Source of the DNA: an uncultured beta proteobacterium
GTDB lineage: Bacteria > Pseudomonadota > Gammaproteobacteria > Burkholderiales > Casimicrobiaceae
Assembly (NCBI GenBank): GCA_963722325.1
Contig: CAVRLN010000012.1
Span: 1,792-65,791 of the forward strand
Reading direction: 5' to 3'
DNA: 64,000 nt
A program made the translations under genes and the position numbers. The notes below the pieces were generated by a model. The model was not told the DNA's origin. It saw nothing but the letters and a program-made list of their open reading frames with translations, and ran no database searches. Shown piece by piece: positions 11,804-21,411 of this stretch (within the stretch, counting starts at the first letter, position 1; the number at the start of each line of letters is the position of its first letter).

Positions 11804-13098
11804 ATGATGGCCGATGAGACCCACGACCGCGCGCTGATCTGCTGGCTCGACGCCGCGAACGATCCCACGAGCGACTTTCCGATCCAGAACCTGCCGTTCG
11901 GCCGCTTCCGCAAGAGTCGCGACGACGCCTGGCGCATCGGCGTCGCCATCGGCGACCAGGTGCTGGACCTCGAGCGCGCCGGCCTGACCGACGACAACGA
12001 CATGAACGCGCTGATGGCGAAGCCGCGTGAAGCGCATCGTGCGTTGCGCGCGCGCCTGTCGAGCGCGCTGCGCCGCGGAAGCGACAGCGAGACGCGCCTG
12101 CGCGCCGCGCTTTGCGCGCAGTCGGCGGTCGAGCTCGGCGTCCCCTGCGCGATCGGCGACTACACCGATTTCTACACGAGCATCCATCACGCCACCGCGG
12201 TCGGGCGGCAGTTCCGGCCCGACAATCCGCTGCTGCCCAATTACAAATGGGTGCCGATCGGCTACCACGGGCGCGCCTCGTCGATCGTCGCCAGCGGAAC
12301 GCCGATACGCCGCCCGATGGCGACAGGTGAAACCCGCCGATTCAGATGCTCCGCGCCTTGCTCCGACGCAGCGCCTGGACTACGAGCTCGAGCTGGGCGT
12401 GTTCATCTCGCGCGCCAACGCGCTCGGCGACGCAGTGCCCGTCGCCGCCGCGGAGGACCACGTTTTCGGGCTGGCGCTGTTCAACGACTGGACCGCGCGC
12501 GACGTCCAGGCGTGGGAATACCAGCCGCTGGGGCCTTTCCTGTCGAAGAATTTCGCGTCGACCGTGTCGCCGTGGATGGTCACGCTCGATGCGCTCGCTC
12601 CGTTCCGAGTGCCGTTCTCGCGGCCCGCCGACGACCCGCAGCCGCTCGAGTACCTGTCGTCGCCGCGAAACAGCGCCTCCGGCGCGTTCGACATCCGTCT
12701 CGAGGTGCTGCTGCAGACCGCGCGCATGCGCGACTCGGGAGCGCCGGCGCAGCCATTGATGGCGTCGAATTTCCGCGACAGCTACTGGACGCTCGCGCAG
12801 CTCGTCGCGCATCACACGGTGAACGGCTGCAATCTGCAGGCCGGCGATTTGCTGGGCACGGGCACGCAGTCGGGCCCCGGCGCAGGACAGGGCGGGTCGA
12901 TGCTCGAGCTGTCCGCCGGCGGGAAGCAACCCGTTGCGCCTCGCCAACGGGGAGACGCGCAGCTTCCTCGAGGACGGCGACACCGTCATCCTGCGCGCGC
13001 ACTGCGAGCGCCCGGAATTCCGCCGTATCGGCTTCGGGCAATGCGTCGGCACGATCCTGCCGGCAAAATCTCCGGCGCCGACAGGCGCGCACGTATAG
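11804..13098 (+). CDS. fahA: fumarylacetoacetase, two frameshifts as assembled
   Basis: N-terminus in ORF 11804..13117 (DFPIQNLPFGRF...YHGRASSIVASGTPIRRP). The middle is in ORF 12027..13127 (VKPADSDAPRLAPTQRLDYELELGVFI...GTGTQSGP). The C-terminus LANGETRSFLEDGDTVILRAHCERPEFRRIGFGQCVGTILPAK is in the third frame, ending at TAG 13096-13098. Switches at ~12317-12327 and ~12930-12942. Confidence 0.8.
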
Positions 13099-13129
13099 CG
13101 CGCGCCGACACCCGTAGGACATCGTGACC

Positions 13130-13833
13130 ATGGACAACACCCGACACCGTCATCATCACCGGCGCCGCCGGCAATCTCGGCCGCGCCGTCGCTTCGGCGT
13201 TCGCCGACCGCGGCGCGCTGCTGGTGCTGGTCGATCGAAACCGCCAGCACCTGCAGTCGGCGTTCGGCGACGAAAACGAGCGCCGCGTCTATGCGGTCGC
13301 CGACCTGCTCGATCCCGAGAGCGTCAACGCGGTGGCGCGCACCGCGCTCGATCGCGCCAGTCGCATCGATGTGCTGTGCAATCTCGCCGGTGGATTCCGC
13401 ATGGGCGAAGCGCTCCACGAGACATCCGATGCCGCATGGGATTTCCTGCAGGACGTCAACGCGCGCACGCTGCTGCACACCGCGCGGGCGGTCGTGCCGC
13501 ACATGATCGCCGGCGGCGGCGGGCGCATCGTCAACGTCGGTGCTTATGCGGCGCAAAAAGGCAGCGGCGCGGATGGCCGCGTACGTGGCGGCGAAAAGCG
13601 CGGTGATCCGGATGACCGAAGCGATGTCGGCCGAGCTTCGCGAAAAGAACATCAACGTCAACTGCGTGCTGCCGACGATCATCGACACGCCCGAGAACCG
13701 GCGCGCCATGCCGGACGCCGATCCTTCACACTGGGTCGCGCCGGGCGACCTGGCGCAGGTCATCGTGTTTCTCGCATCGCCCCAGGCGCGCGCCGTGCAC
13801 GGCGCCGCGATCCCGGTGACCGGGCTCAGCTGA
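13130..13833 (+). CDS. SDR family NAD(P)-dependent oxidoreductase, frameshifted as assembled
   Basis: [19 protein letters not shown] (TGxxxGxG) is open from 13128 but has no in-frame start. ATG 13130 is one frame off; deleting one A from GACAACACC would join them. The body is in ORF 13224..14186. [13 protein letters not shown]...[11 protein letters not shown]...AIPVTGLS is in ORF 13540..13833. Second switch at ~13560-13575. Confidence 0.7.
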
Positions 13834-13883
13834 CTTTCAGCTGGCGCTCGGTTAGCGCTCGGCCTGGCGCTCAGTTGCCGTCC

Positions 13884-14114
13884 CTAGGAGGTGAGGCTGG
13901 TCTCGAGCAGGCGCCGGCCCTTGTCGCTTGCGGTCACGAAGCGTCGGCCCGGCTCGTAGGCGATCAGCCCGTCGGCGCAGGCGTCTTCCCAGATCGTAAG
14001 GCGCGGGCAGGTCGAATGCCACGCCTCGAGAACCTCGGCGTAGGTGTGGTTACCCGTGGACAGCCATTCGAGCAGTTGAAGCGTGAGGGCGTGGTTGGGC
14101 GAGTTCATCGGCAT
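13884..14114 (-). CDS. small hypothetical protein, divergent from the RuBisCO-like gene
   Basis: ORF 13884..14168 (-) trimmed to MPMNSPNHALTLQLLEWLSTGNHTYAEVLEAWHSTCPRLTIWEDACADGLIAYE.... Composition looks coding. No family recognised. The start is uncertain (14114 or 14108). Confidence 0.5.
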   Translation of the reverse strand: MPMNSPNHALTLQLLEWLSTGNHTYAEVLEAWHSTCPRLTIWEDACADGLIAYEPGRRFVTASDKGRRLLETSLTS

Positions 14115-14274
14115 TCCCGAAGTGACGCGTACAGGTGGAATTCTGGCGCAAATCGCGCCGCCGCGCAAAGCGCCGCGCCGCGGTGAACTGCATGCCGCGT
14201 GGCACGCGCGGCGCGCCGACCGTCCTCGACTATCACCGTCGAAACGCCTGGTGTAGTGTTACACCTCGGCCGCC

Positions 14275-15411
14275 ATGTCCTGGATCGACGTCACCTACCG
14301 CATTCGCGCCGTCGCGGAAAACGCCGCGGCGGTGGCGCAGGCCATCGCGCTCGAGCAGAGCGTCGAGGTCCCGCTCGAAGCCGTGCACGACGCCTTCGTC
14401 GCCGAGAACATCGTCGGCCGCGTCGACGGGGTTCGCGATCGCGGCGACGGCACGCACGACGTGCGACATCCGCGCTCGCCACCGCGACCACGGGCTTCGA
14501 CGTCGCGCAGACCCTCAACATGCTGTTCGGCAACAGCTCGCTGCACGCGCACGTCGAGCTCGTCGACGTCGACTTCCCGGCCGATTTCATGGCGCGCTTC
14601 GCCGGTCCGCGCTTCGGCATCGAAGGCATCCGCGCCGTACTGGGCGTCGAGCGTCGGCGCGCTCGACCTGCGCGGCGCTCAAGCCGCAGGGCCTGCCGGT
14701 CGACCGCCTCGCCGCGCTTTGCTACACGCTCGCGCGCGCCGGCGTCGACGTCATCAAGGACGACCACGGACTCGCCGACCAGGAGTACGCGCCGTTCGCG
14801 CAGCGCGTTTCGGCGTGCCAGCGCGCGATCGCGCGCGCCTGGCACGAGACCGGACATCGCGCGCGTACGCGCCGAGCCTGGTCGGCTCTCCGGCGACGCT
14901 TTCCGAGCAGGCGAAAATCGCGCAGCGACGCCGGCGTGGCGATGGTGCTGCTCGCGCCTGCGCTGGTCGGCATGCCGGCCTTCGTCGAGACTCGTGCGCG
15001 AGCGCATCGACGTGCCGGTGCATGGCGCATCCCGCGTACGCGGGCTCGGTGCGCGTCGCGCCGGCGTTCATGATCGGCAAGTGGTTCCGGCTGCTCGGCG
15101 CCGACGCGGTGATCTTTCCCGGATTCGGCGGCCGCTTCGCGTGGGACGCGGCGACGTGCGGCGACATCGCGACACGAACGCGCGCGACCGTGGGCCGGCA
15201 TGCGGCCGGCGCTGCCCGTGCCCGCCGGCGGGATGAGCGTCGAGCGCGCCCGCGAAGCTGGTCGCGTTCTACGGCGACGACGTGATGCTGCTGATCGGCG
15301 GCTCGCTGCTGGGCGCGCCCGAGCGCGTTGCGCGAGCGCGCCGCGTCGTTCGTCGACGCGGTCCGCGAAGCCGCGGCGGCGCGTGACGTTTCCCCCGCGG
15401 CACGCATGTGA
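14275..15411 (+). CDS. RuBisCO-like protein (form IV large-subunit homologue), at least 9 frame changes as assembled
   Basis: Collinear pieces spread over ORFs 14275.., 14199.., 14135.. and 15200..: MSWIDVTYRIRAV... / LATATTGFDVAQTLNMLFGNSSLHAHVELVDVDFP...GIRAVLGVERR / ALKPQGLPVDRLAALCYTLARAGVDVIKDDHGLADQEYAPF / YAPSLVGSPATLSEQAKIAQ / DAGVAMVLLAPALVGMPAFVE / LVRERIDVPV / MAHPAYAGS...FRLLGADAVIFPGFGGRF / RPALPVPAGGMSVERARE / LVAFYGDDVMLLIGGSLLGAPE / RERAASFVDAVREAAAARDVSPAARM. Stop TGA at 15409-15411. Start and stop are in the same frame (1137 nt). Confidence 0.7.
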
Positions 15412-15898
15412 AGCAGGCACCGGAGACTCCCATCGCCACGCCCCGCACCGTCGCCGCACCGCCAAGTCGCGCTGGCACGGCGTCGACGTGCTCGAGTACA
15501 AGCAGCAGGCGACGCGCCGTTTCGCGACGTCACCCGGCAGGTGCTGTTCGACGATCCCGCGCTCGCCTGCGCAGCTTCGCTACTTCGAGGTCGCGCCCGG
15601 CGGCCACACGACGCTCGAGCGGCACGAGCACGCGCACGCGGTGGTCGTGCATCGCGGCGCGGGACGCTGCCTCGTCGGCGATCGCGTCTACGAGCTGCAC
15701 GAGCACGACCTGGTGCACGTTCCCGCGCTCACCTGGCACCAGTTCCGCGCCGACGACGACGCGCCGCTCGGATTCCTGTGCATGGTGAACGCGGTGCGCG
15801 ACCGGCCGCAGCTGCCTTCCGCGGACGACATCGAGAAAATGTGCGAGACGCCCGTCGTGGCGGCGTTTCTCGCGCCTCGCGACGGCGACGGCAGGTGA
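15408..15898 (+). CDS. cupin domain protein, coupled to the RuBisCO-like gene; 3 frame changes in its first ~170 nt
   Basis: GTG 15408 overlaps the upstream stop (ATGTGA). The N-terminus MKQAPETPIATPRTVAAPP is in ORF 15408... SRWHGVDVLEYKQQ is in the 15200 frame. (GDAPFRDVTRQ)VLFDDPALAC is in ORF 15541... QLRYFEVAPGGHTTLERHEHAHAVVVHRGAG...HVPALTWHQF... runs to stop 15898, again in the 15200 frame. Confidence 0.7.
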
Positions 15899-15923
15899 CC
15901 GACTGCGGACCGACGGCGCGGCC

Positions 15924-17113
15924 TCAGAGCCGGTGCGACCGGTCGCCGACGCGAAAGCCTCGCAGCGGACGATCGATCCCGCGGGTCAGCGCGAGCACCT
16001 TGACCAGCTCCCCCATTTCCGCCGGAGACAGCAGCTTCTGCACCGCGCCCGCCTCGCGCAGGTAGGCGGCGGTGGCGGGCTCGCCGGTGGCCGCGAGCAA
16101 GTCGAGCACGCCGCAGTTGACCAGAAAATGCGCCTGCGTGGCGAAGCCCGCGACGTCCATCGCCTCCGCGACGCGCGCCGCGCGCGATGGCGCTGAAGTC
16201 GACGTGCGTGGTGAGGTCGGCCAGTCCCGGGAAGATCAGCGGGTCGGCGAGCGCGCGATGGCGATAGTGCGCCATCAGCGTGCCCTGGCTGCGCTGCGGA
16301 TGATAGAACTCCGCCGCCGGAAATCCGTAGTCGATGAGCAGCATCGCGCCGCGCTCGCAGCGCTTGGCAATGCTTCGCACCAGCGCCTGCGCGGCGGGAT
16401 TGACCTCGCTCAGGTAGTCGCCTTCCGCCGGGAAGAGCGGCACGCGCCGCCGAGAGCAACGCGCCGTCGCGCAAGGCTCGGTCGGCGAGGCGCAACGCCG
16501 TGCCTTCGACGCTCACCCCGCGCTCGGCCCACTGCGCCGTCGGCGCGCGCCACGACGTGCGCGGGGATCGCGTCGAGCACCTCGTTGGCGAGCAGCACGC
16601 CGCGCCAGCGCGTGCGGCAGCGCGTCGATCCACGTCCACGCGCGCGAGCAGCTGCGGCGAACGCTGCTGCAGGGTCAGTGCGCTGGCGCTCGCGAAGCTC
16701 GGGGCTCACTTCGAGCATCAGGTAGCGCTGCGGCAGCGCATCGCGCGCGGCGAGCGCCTCGAGCACGTCGGCGGCCATTTTCCCGCTGCCCGGGCCGAGC
16801 TCGATGCACGTCTCCCGGGGCCTGCGCGAGCACTTCGTTCGACCTGCGCCGCCAGCGCCCTGCCGAACAGCGACGAGAGCTCCGGCGCGGTGACGAAATC
16901 GCCGTCGGCGCCGAACTTGCGGGCGCCCGCGACGTAGTAGCCCAACCCCGGCGCGTACAGCGCCGCGTTGACGTAGTCGGCGAGCGAGATCCAGCCGCCC
17001 GCCTCGTCGATCGAACGTCGGATGTGCGCGAGCACCTGCGCGCTGTGCAGCGCCGCTTCGCTCGACGGCGGGGGAATGCGAAATGGATCGTTGTCGGGTG
17101 GAGCGCGCTGCAT
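15924..17113 (-). CDS. class I SAM-dependent methyltransferase, MidA/NDUFAF7 (DUF185) family; about 7 frame changes as assembled
   Basis: Collinear pieces: ORF 16718..17113 (MQRAPPDNDPFRIPPP...YYVAGARKFGADGDFVTAPELSSLFGRALAAQV); EVLAQAPGD (frame of 16675..17370); CIELGPGSGKMAADVLEALAARDALPQRYLMLEVSPELRERQR (16410..16778); LQQRSPQLLARV and WRAPTAQWAERGVSVEG (15986..16639); GVLLANEVLDAIPAHVV (16410 frame); FPAEGDYLSEVNPAAQ...LLIDYGFPAAEFYHPQRSQGTLMAHYRH (15688..16443); MDVAGFATQAHFLVNCG...RGFRVGDRSHRL (15924..16160). Confidence 0.7.
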
Positions 17114-17160
17114 CGATGTGTTAGGCTTTCTCGTTCACGCCAGTGTATCTGGAGCGTCGC

Positions 17161-17899
17161 GTGCAGGGCAAAGTCGTACTGATCACCGGTGGGGCGAAAC
17201 GCGTCGGTGCAGCGATCTGCCGACGACTTCACGCCGCCGGCGCGACGCTGATGCTGCACTACCGCGAATCCGCGGGCGAAGCGCGGCTGCTGCAGGCCGA
17301 GCTCAACAACCAGCGCCCCGATTCGGTCGCGCTGATCCAGGCGGACCTGCTCGATCTCGGCAAGCTGCACGTCGATCGTCGATCAGACCTTGCAGACGCA
17401 CGGCAAGCTCGACGGGCTGGTCAACAACGCGTCGTCGTTTTTCCAGACGCCGGTGGGCGAGATCACCGCCGCGCAATGGGAGGACCTGATCGGGACCAAC
17501 CTGCGCGCACCGCTGTTCCTGTCGCAGGCGGCGGCGCCGGCGCTGAAAAAAACGCAGGGCGCGATCGTCAACATCACCGACATCCACGCCGACCGTCCGC
17601 TCAAGAACTACGTCGTCTACAGCATCGCCAAGGCCGGACTGGTGGGACTCACGCGCTCGCTGGCGCGCGAGCTCGCGCCGGAAGTGCGCGTCAACGCGGT
17701 GGCGCCGGGACCGATACTCTGGCCCGACGACGAGAGCTTCGACGAGCTGTCGCGGCAGCGCATCATTTCGCACACGCTGCTGCGCCGCGAAGGCACGCCG
17801 GAGGACATCGCCAGGGCGGTGTACTTCCTGCTCGCCGAGGCGACCTACGTCACCGGCGACACCATCAACGTCGACGGCGGGCGACACGTCGCGATGTAG
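17161..17899 (+). CDS. pteridine reductase-like SDR, disrupted by a 7-bp tandem duplication
   Basis: ORF 17143..18024 N-terminus (GKVVLITGGAKRVGAAI). GTG 17161 is preceded by GGAG at 17151-17154; alternative start GTG 17143. The C-terminal part is in ORF 17390..17899 (GKLDGLVNNASSF...YSIAKAGLVGLTRSLA...NAVAPGPI...VDGG). The frames are joined exactly by removing one copy of GTCGATC (17371-17377 / 17378-17384). Confidence 0.8.
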
Positions 17900-17916
17900 A
17901 CGCGCGGGCCCGGCGT

Positions 17917-18579
17917 TCAGCGCGTCCGTGCCGCGACGCGTGCGGCGAGCACCTCGAGGTAGGGATCGACGATGCCGTGCGTAATGAGCGCGACGCGGGT
18001 GTGCTCGAGATAGTCCGCCGATGAGCCGAACGCGCCGGCCGCGCACGCGAGAACGCGCGCCTGCTCGTCGCATGCTCAGCTGGCCCGCGTACTGCGGGTG
18101 CTCGACGATCGACGACGAACGCGAGCGCGATCAGCGTCTTCGCGCCGGCGCGAACGCGCACCCAGCGCGGATGATACGAGCCGGTCACCATCTCGCGTCG
18201 CCACAGCAGCGTGAGCTCGGCGCGTACCTCGGCCTCGGGCAGCCGGTAGACGACGCCCCGACACGAGCCGCCGGGCTCGAGCCCGAGCACCAGGCCCGGC
18301 TGATCGCACGTTCCGCGTGATGCATGCGACCACAGGCAGAAGCGGCGATGTAACGCCGTAGAGCGTCGCCGGCCGCGACTCGATGAAGGGAAACAGGGGA
18401 TTCCATAGCAAGGAGCCGTAGGCGAACACCCACCACCCGGCGTGCGCGGGCCGCCTCGCGATGGTCGCCGCCAGCGACTCGGCGAGCTGCTCATCGGAAA
18501 GCGCGTTGTGCGCAGCGACCGCGGCGATGTAGAGCGCTCGCATGCGCCCCTCCTCGAGGTCGCGGCGCGACAGCGTCAT
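17917..18579 (-). CDS. chaC: gamma-glutamylcyclotransferase, ChaC family; 3 frame changes as assembled
   Basis: MTLSRRDLEEGRMRAL...WWVFAYGSLLWNPLFPF (ORF 18076..18765, ATG 18579). HRRFCLWSHASRGTCDQPGLVLGLEPGGSCRGVVYRLPE...LIALAFVVDR (ORF 17865..18494). EHPQYAGQLS, then DEQARVLACAAGAFGSSADYLEHTRVALITHGIVDPYLEVLAARVAARTR, ending at TGA 17919-17917. 663 nt, so there is no net shift. Confidence 0.75.
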
Positions 18580-18740
18580 GCGTTGTCGTCCTGCTCGTGC
18601 GTCTGCTTGCGCAGCTCCATCGCCGCCTGCCGGCGCTTCGCCGCGTTGGACTTGCCGTGCGCGCCTCCCTTGGCGAGCAGCGGCGAGCGCGCCACCGGGT
18701 TGCGCGGCTTCGGTACCTTGTGCTGCTTGGCGCGCTTCAT
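18576..18740 (-). CDS. small basic hypothetical protein (54 aa)
   Basis: Tail of ORF 18576..19949: MKRAKQHKVPKPRNPVARSPLLAKGGAHGKSNAAKRRQAAMELRKQTHEQDDNA. Its ATG overlaps the amidase stop (ATGA at 18740-18737). Its stop overlaps the chaC ATG (ATGA at 18579-18576). Confidence 0.5.
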   Translation of the reverse strand: MKRAKQHKVPKPRNPVARSPLLAKGGAHGKSNAAKRRQAAMELRKQTHEQDDNA

Positions 18741-20083
18741 GCCGGGGCCCTGTTCGCCACCGCATCGTCCAGGCGAATGGGCTCGAATCGGCGCTCGCAC
18801 CATTTCGCCACCGCCAGCAGCGCGTCGTCGTCGCCGCGCCGGCCGTTCAGCTGGATGCCGAGCGGCAGTCCGTCGGCGGCGAGTGCCACCGGAATCGTCA
18901 TCGACGGCGTTCCGAGCAGCGTCCACAGCGTGCAGCATGCGGGATCGCCGGTCAGCGCGAGCCCGCGCGGTGCCGGTCCGGGCACGGGAGCGCAGAGCAG
19001 CGCGTCGCGATCGGCCAGCACACTCGCCGATGGCGTCGATCATCGCCTGGCGCGCACGCATTGCCGCCGCGTATGTCGCGTCGTCGATGGCGCTGCCTTC
19101 GTCGAGCGCGGCGTTGAGCTCGGGCGACATGCGCGCACGCTCGGACGCCTGCGTGCGATCCGAGCGCGCGTGCGCCCTCGTAGAGCATGATGCAGCGGTG
19201 CACGCGCTGCGCGTCTCGCCAGGCGGCGGGAAAATCGATCTCGTCGACCGCGGCGCCGGCAGCGCGCAGCGCCGCGACCGCATCGCGCAGCGCCTGCGCC
19301 TGCTCGGCGCCGACGCGGACCCAGGGAAAGTCGGCGATCGCCGCGATGCGCGGCGCGGCCGGCAGAGCGTGCACCGCCGCCGCGATCCTGCCGGCATCGG
19401 CGAGCGCCGACGCCACGTACGCGCAATCGTCGACATCGCCGGCGATGACGCCCAGCGTGTCGAGCGTCGGGCTGAACACGAAGATGCCCGCGTAAGGAAG
19501 CGTGCCGTGCGTGGGCTTGAATCCCGCGACGCCGCAGTACGCCGCGGGTCGCACGATCGACCCGTTGGTCTGCGTGGCGAGCGCCGCGCCGCACTGGCGC
19601 ATCGCGACGGCGGCGGCCGACCCCGACGACGAGCCGCCCGGCGTGTGCGCAGCGTTCCAGGGGTTGCGCGTTTTCGCCGGATGCATGAACGCGAATTCGG
19701 TGGTGACGGTCTTGCCGAGCACGAAGCCGCCGGCCCGGCGCAGCCGCGTGATGCACGCGGCGTCGACGCGTCGGCTGCCTGCCGGCATGGATCGGCGAGC
19801 CGAGCTCGGTCGGCAGGTCGGCGGTGTCGATGATGTCCTTGACGCCGATGCCGATGCCATCGAGCGCGCCGCGATCGCCGCCTTGCGCCCTGCGCGCGTC
19901 GCAGGCGCGTGCGTCGGAGAGCGCGACCTCCGGGTCGACGTGCGCCCACGCCCCGACGGCAGCGTCGGTCGCGACGATGCGTGCCAGCATCGCCTGCGTG
20001 AGCGCCTCGCTGGTGATTTCGCCGCTGCGCAATCTGCGCGCGGCGTCGACCACGCCGTCAGGGACGTCCGCCGCGCTGTCCAT
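18737..20083 (-). CDS. amidase (amidase-signature family), 3 frame changes as assembled
   Basis: MDSAADVPDGVVDAARRLRSGEITSEALTQA...GIGIGVKDIIDTADLPTELGSPIHAG (ORF 19040..20083). RVDAACITRLRRAGGFVLGKTVTTEFA...HTPGGSSSGSAAAVA...GSIVRPAAYCGVAGFKPT... (frame of 18952..21324). SDRTQASERARMSPELNAALDEGSAIDDATYAAAMRARQAMIDAIGE (18576..19949 frame). LADRDALLCAPVPGPAP...TIPVALAADGLPLGIQL (ORF 18737..19021). Confidence 0.8.
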
Positions 20084-21324
20084 CGGCCATCATCGCAATC
20101 GCCACGGGCGCGGGACCCGCGGCTGCGTCCTCGCGCGGCGGCGGGAGAAACAGCGCCTGCAGATCGTTCAGGAAACGCCGCCCGAGCGGCGTCGGACGCA
20201 GGCGCACGTGATCGCGCTCGATCAGGCCGCGCTGCTCGGCGGCTTCCAGCGCACCCTGCACCAGCGTCATCGGGTAACCCGTGCGCTCGGCGAACATCGC
20301 GACCGGCACGCCTTCGGTCAGGCGCAGCGCGTTGAGCATGAATTCGAAGCCGATGTCCTCTCGCCCGACGCCATGCTCCTCGAGCACCGGCGTGCGCCGC
20401 TCGGCGTGCTCCATGTACTGCTGCGGCTGCTTCCAGCGTACCTGCCTGACCACGCGGTCGGGGAACGACAGCTTCGAGTGCGCGCCCGCGCCGATGCCGA
20501 GATAGTCGCCGAAGCGCCAGTAATTGAGGTTGTGTCGGCACTCGGAGCCCGGTCGCGCGTGCGCGGAGGTTTCGTAGTGCGCGTAGCCCGCGCCGGCGAG
20601 CTCGTGCTCGATCGCGGCCTCGATGTCGGCCGACGCGTCGTCGTCGGGAACGGCGGGCGGATAGCGGTGGAACAGCGTGTTCGGCTCGATGGTGAGGTGA
20701 TAGAACGACAGATGCGGCGGCGCGTATTCGAGCGCCGTGCGCGCGTCGCGACGCGCGTCCTCGGTCGACTGGCCGGGCAGCGCGTACATGAGGTCGAAGT
20801 TGACGTTGCCGAAGATCTGCAGCGCGGCAGCCGCGGCGACGCGAGCCTCGGCGTCGTCGTGAACGCGGCCCAGCGCCTTGAGAAACCGCGCGTCGAAGCT
20901 CTGCACACCCAGCGACAGCCGGTTGACTCCCGCCGACCTGAAGCCCGGCGAATTTCTGCTGCTCGAAGGTTCCGGGGTTGGCTTCGAGCGTGATCTCGGC
21001 GTCGGGCGCAAGCGCGACACGCGCGCGCACCGCCGCGAGCAGCCGATCGATCGCGGATGCCGAAAACAGGCTGGGCGTGCCGCCACCGATGAACACCGTT
21101 GCGATGCGCCGACCCCAGATCGACGGCAGCGCGTATTCGAGGTCGGCGATGAGCGCGTCGACGTAGCGCGCTTCCGGCAGCTCGCCGCGTCCTTCGTGCG
21201 AATTGAAGTCGCAGTACGGGCATTTCTTGAGGCACCACGGAATGTGCACGTAGAGCGACAGAGGAGGCAACGCCGCGAAGCGCGGCGCGCGCAGCGCGAC
21301 ATCGACGCTTACGGTGGCGCTCAT
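20058..21324 (-). CDS. hemW: radical SAM family heme chaperone HemW (HemN-like), one frameshift as assembled
   Basis: N-terminus of ORF 18952..21324 (LSLYVHIPWCLKKCPYCDFNS...TVFIGGGTPSLF...EITLEANPGTFEQQKFAG). It continues in ORF 20058..21302 (FRSAGVNRLSLGVQSFD...NFDLMYALPGQS...YETSAHARPGSECRHNLNYW...). Switch at ~20930. Confidence 0.8.
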
Positions 21325-21411
21325 ACGACCCCCACGCTTGCGGCCTGAAAAGCGGCCGCGGCGCTGCCCCCATAGGGGCGCAATTCGCGCCTTGGGACGG
21401 CCCGGCGGCGC

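Noticed and set aside
10877-12268. Long Arg/Ala/Pro-rich ORFs antisense to recognised genes (also 410..1093, 22689..24869, 24581..25672, 9356..10330, 44341..45057, 56441..57196 and many others)
   Set aside because: These are typical shadow ORFs of high-GC DNA. They have low-complexity composition, no recognisable motifs, and always overlap a well-supported gene on the opposite strand or in another frame.
18952-21324. 790-aa ORF suggesting a HemW-amidase fusion
   Set aside because: The HemW N-terminus and the central amidase block happen to share a frame. The sequence between them is Arg-rich out-of-frame translation, and each gene's remaining parts lie in other frames.
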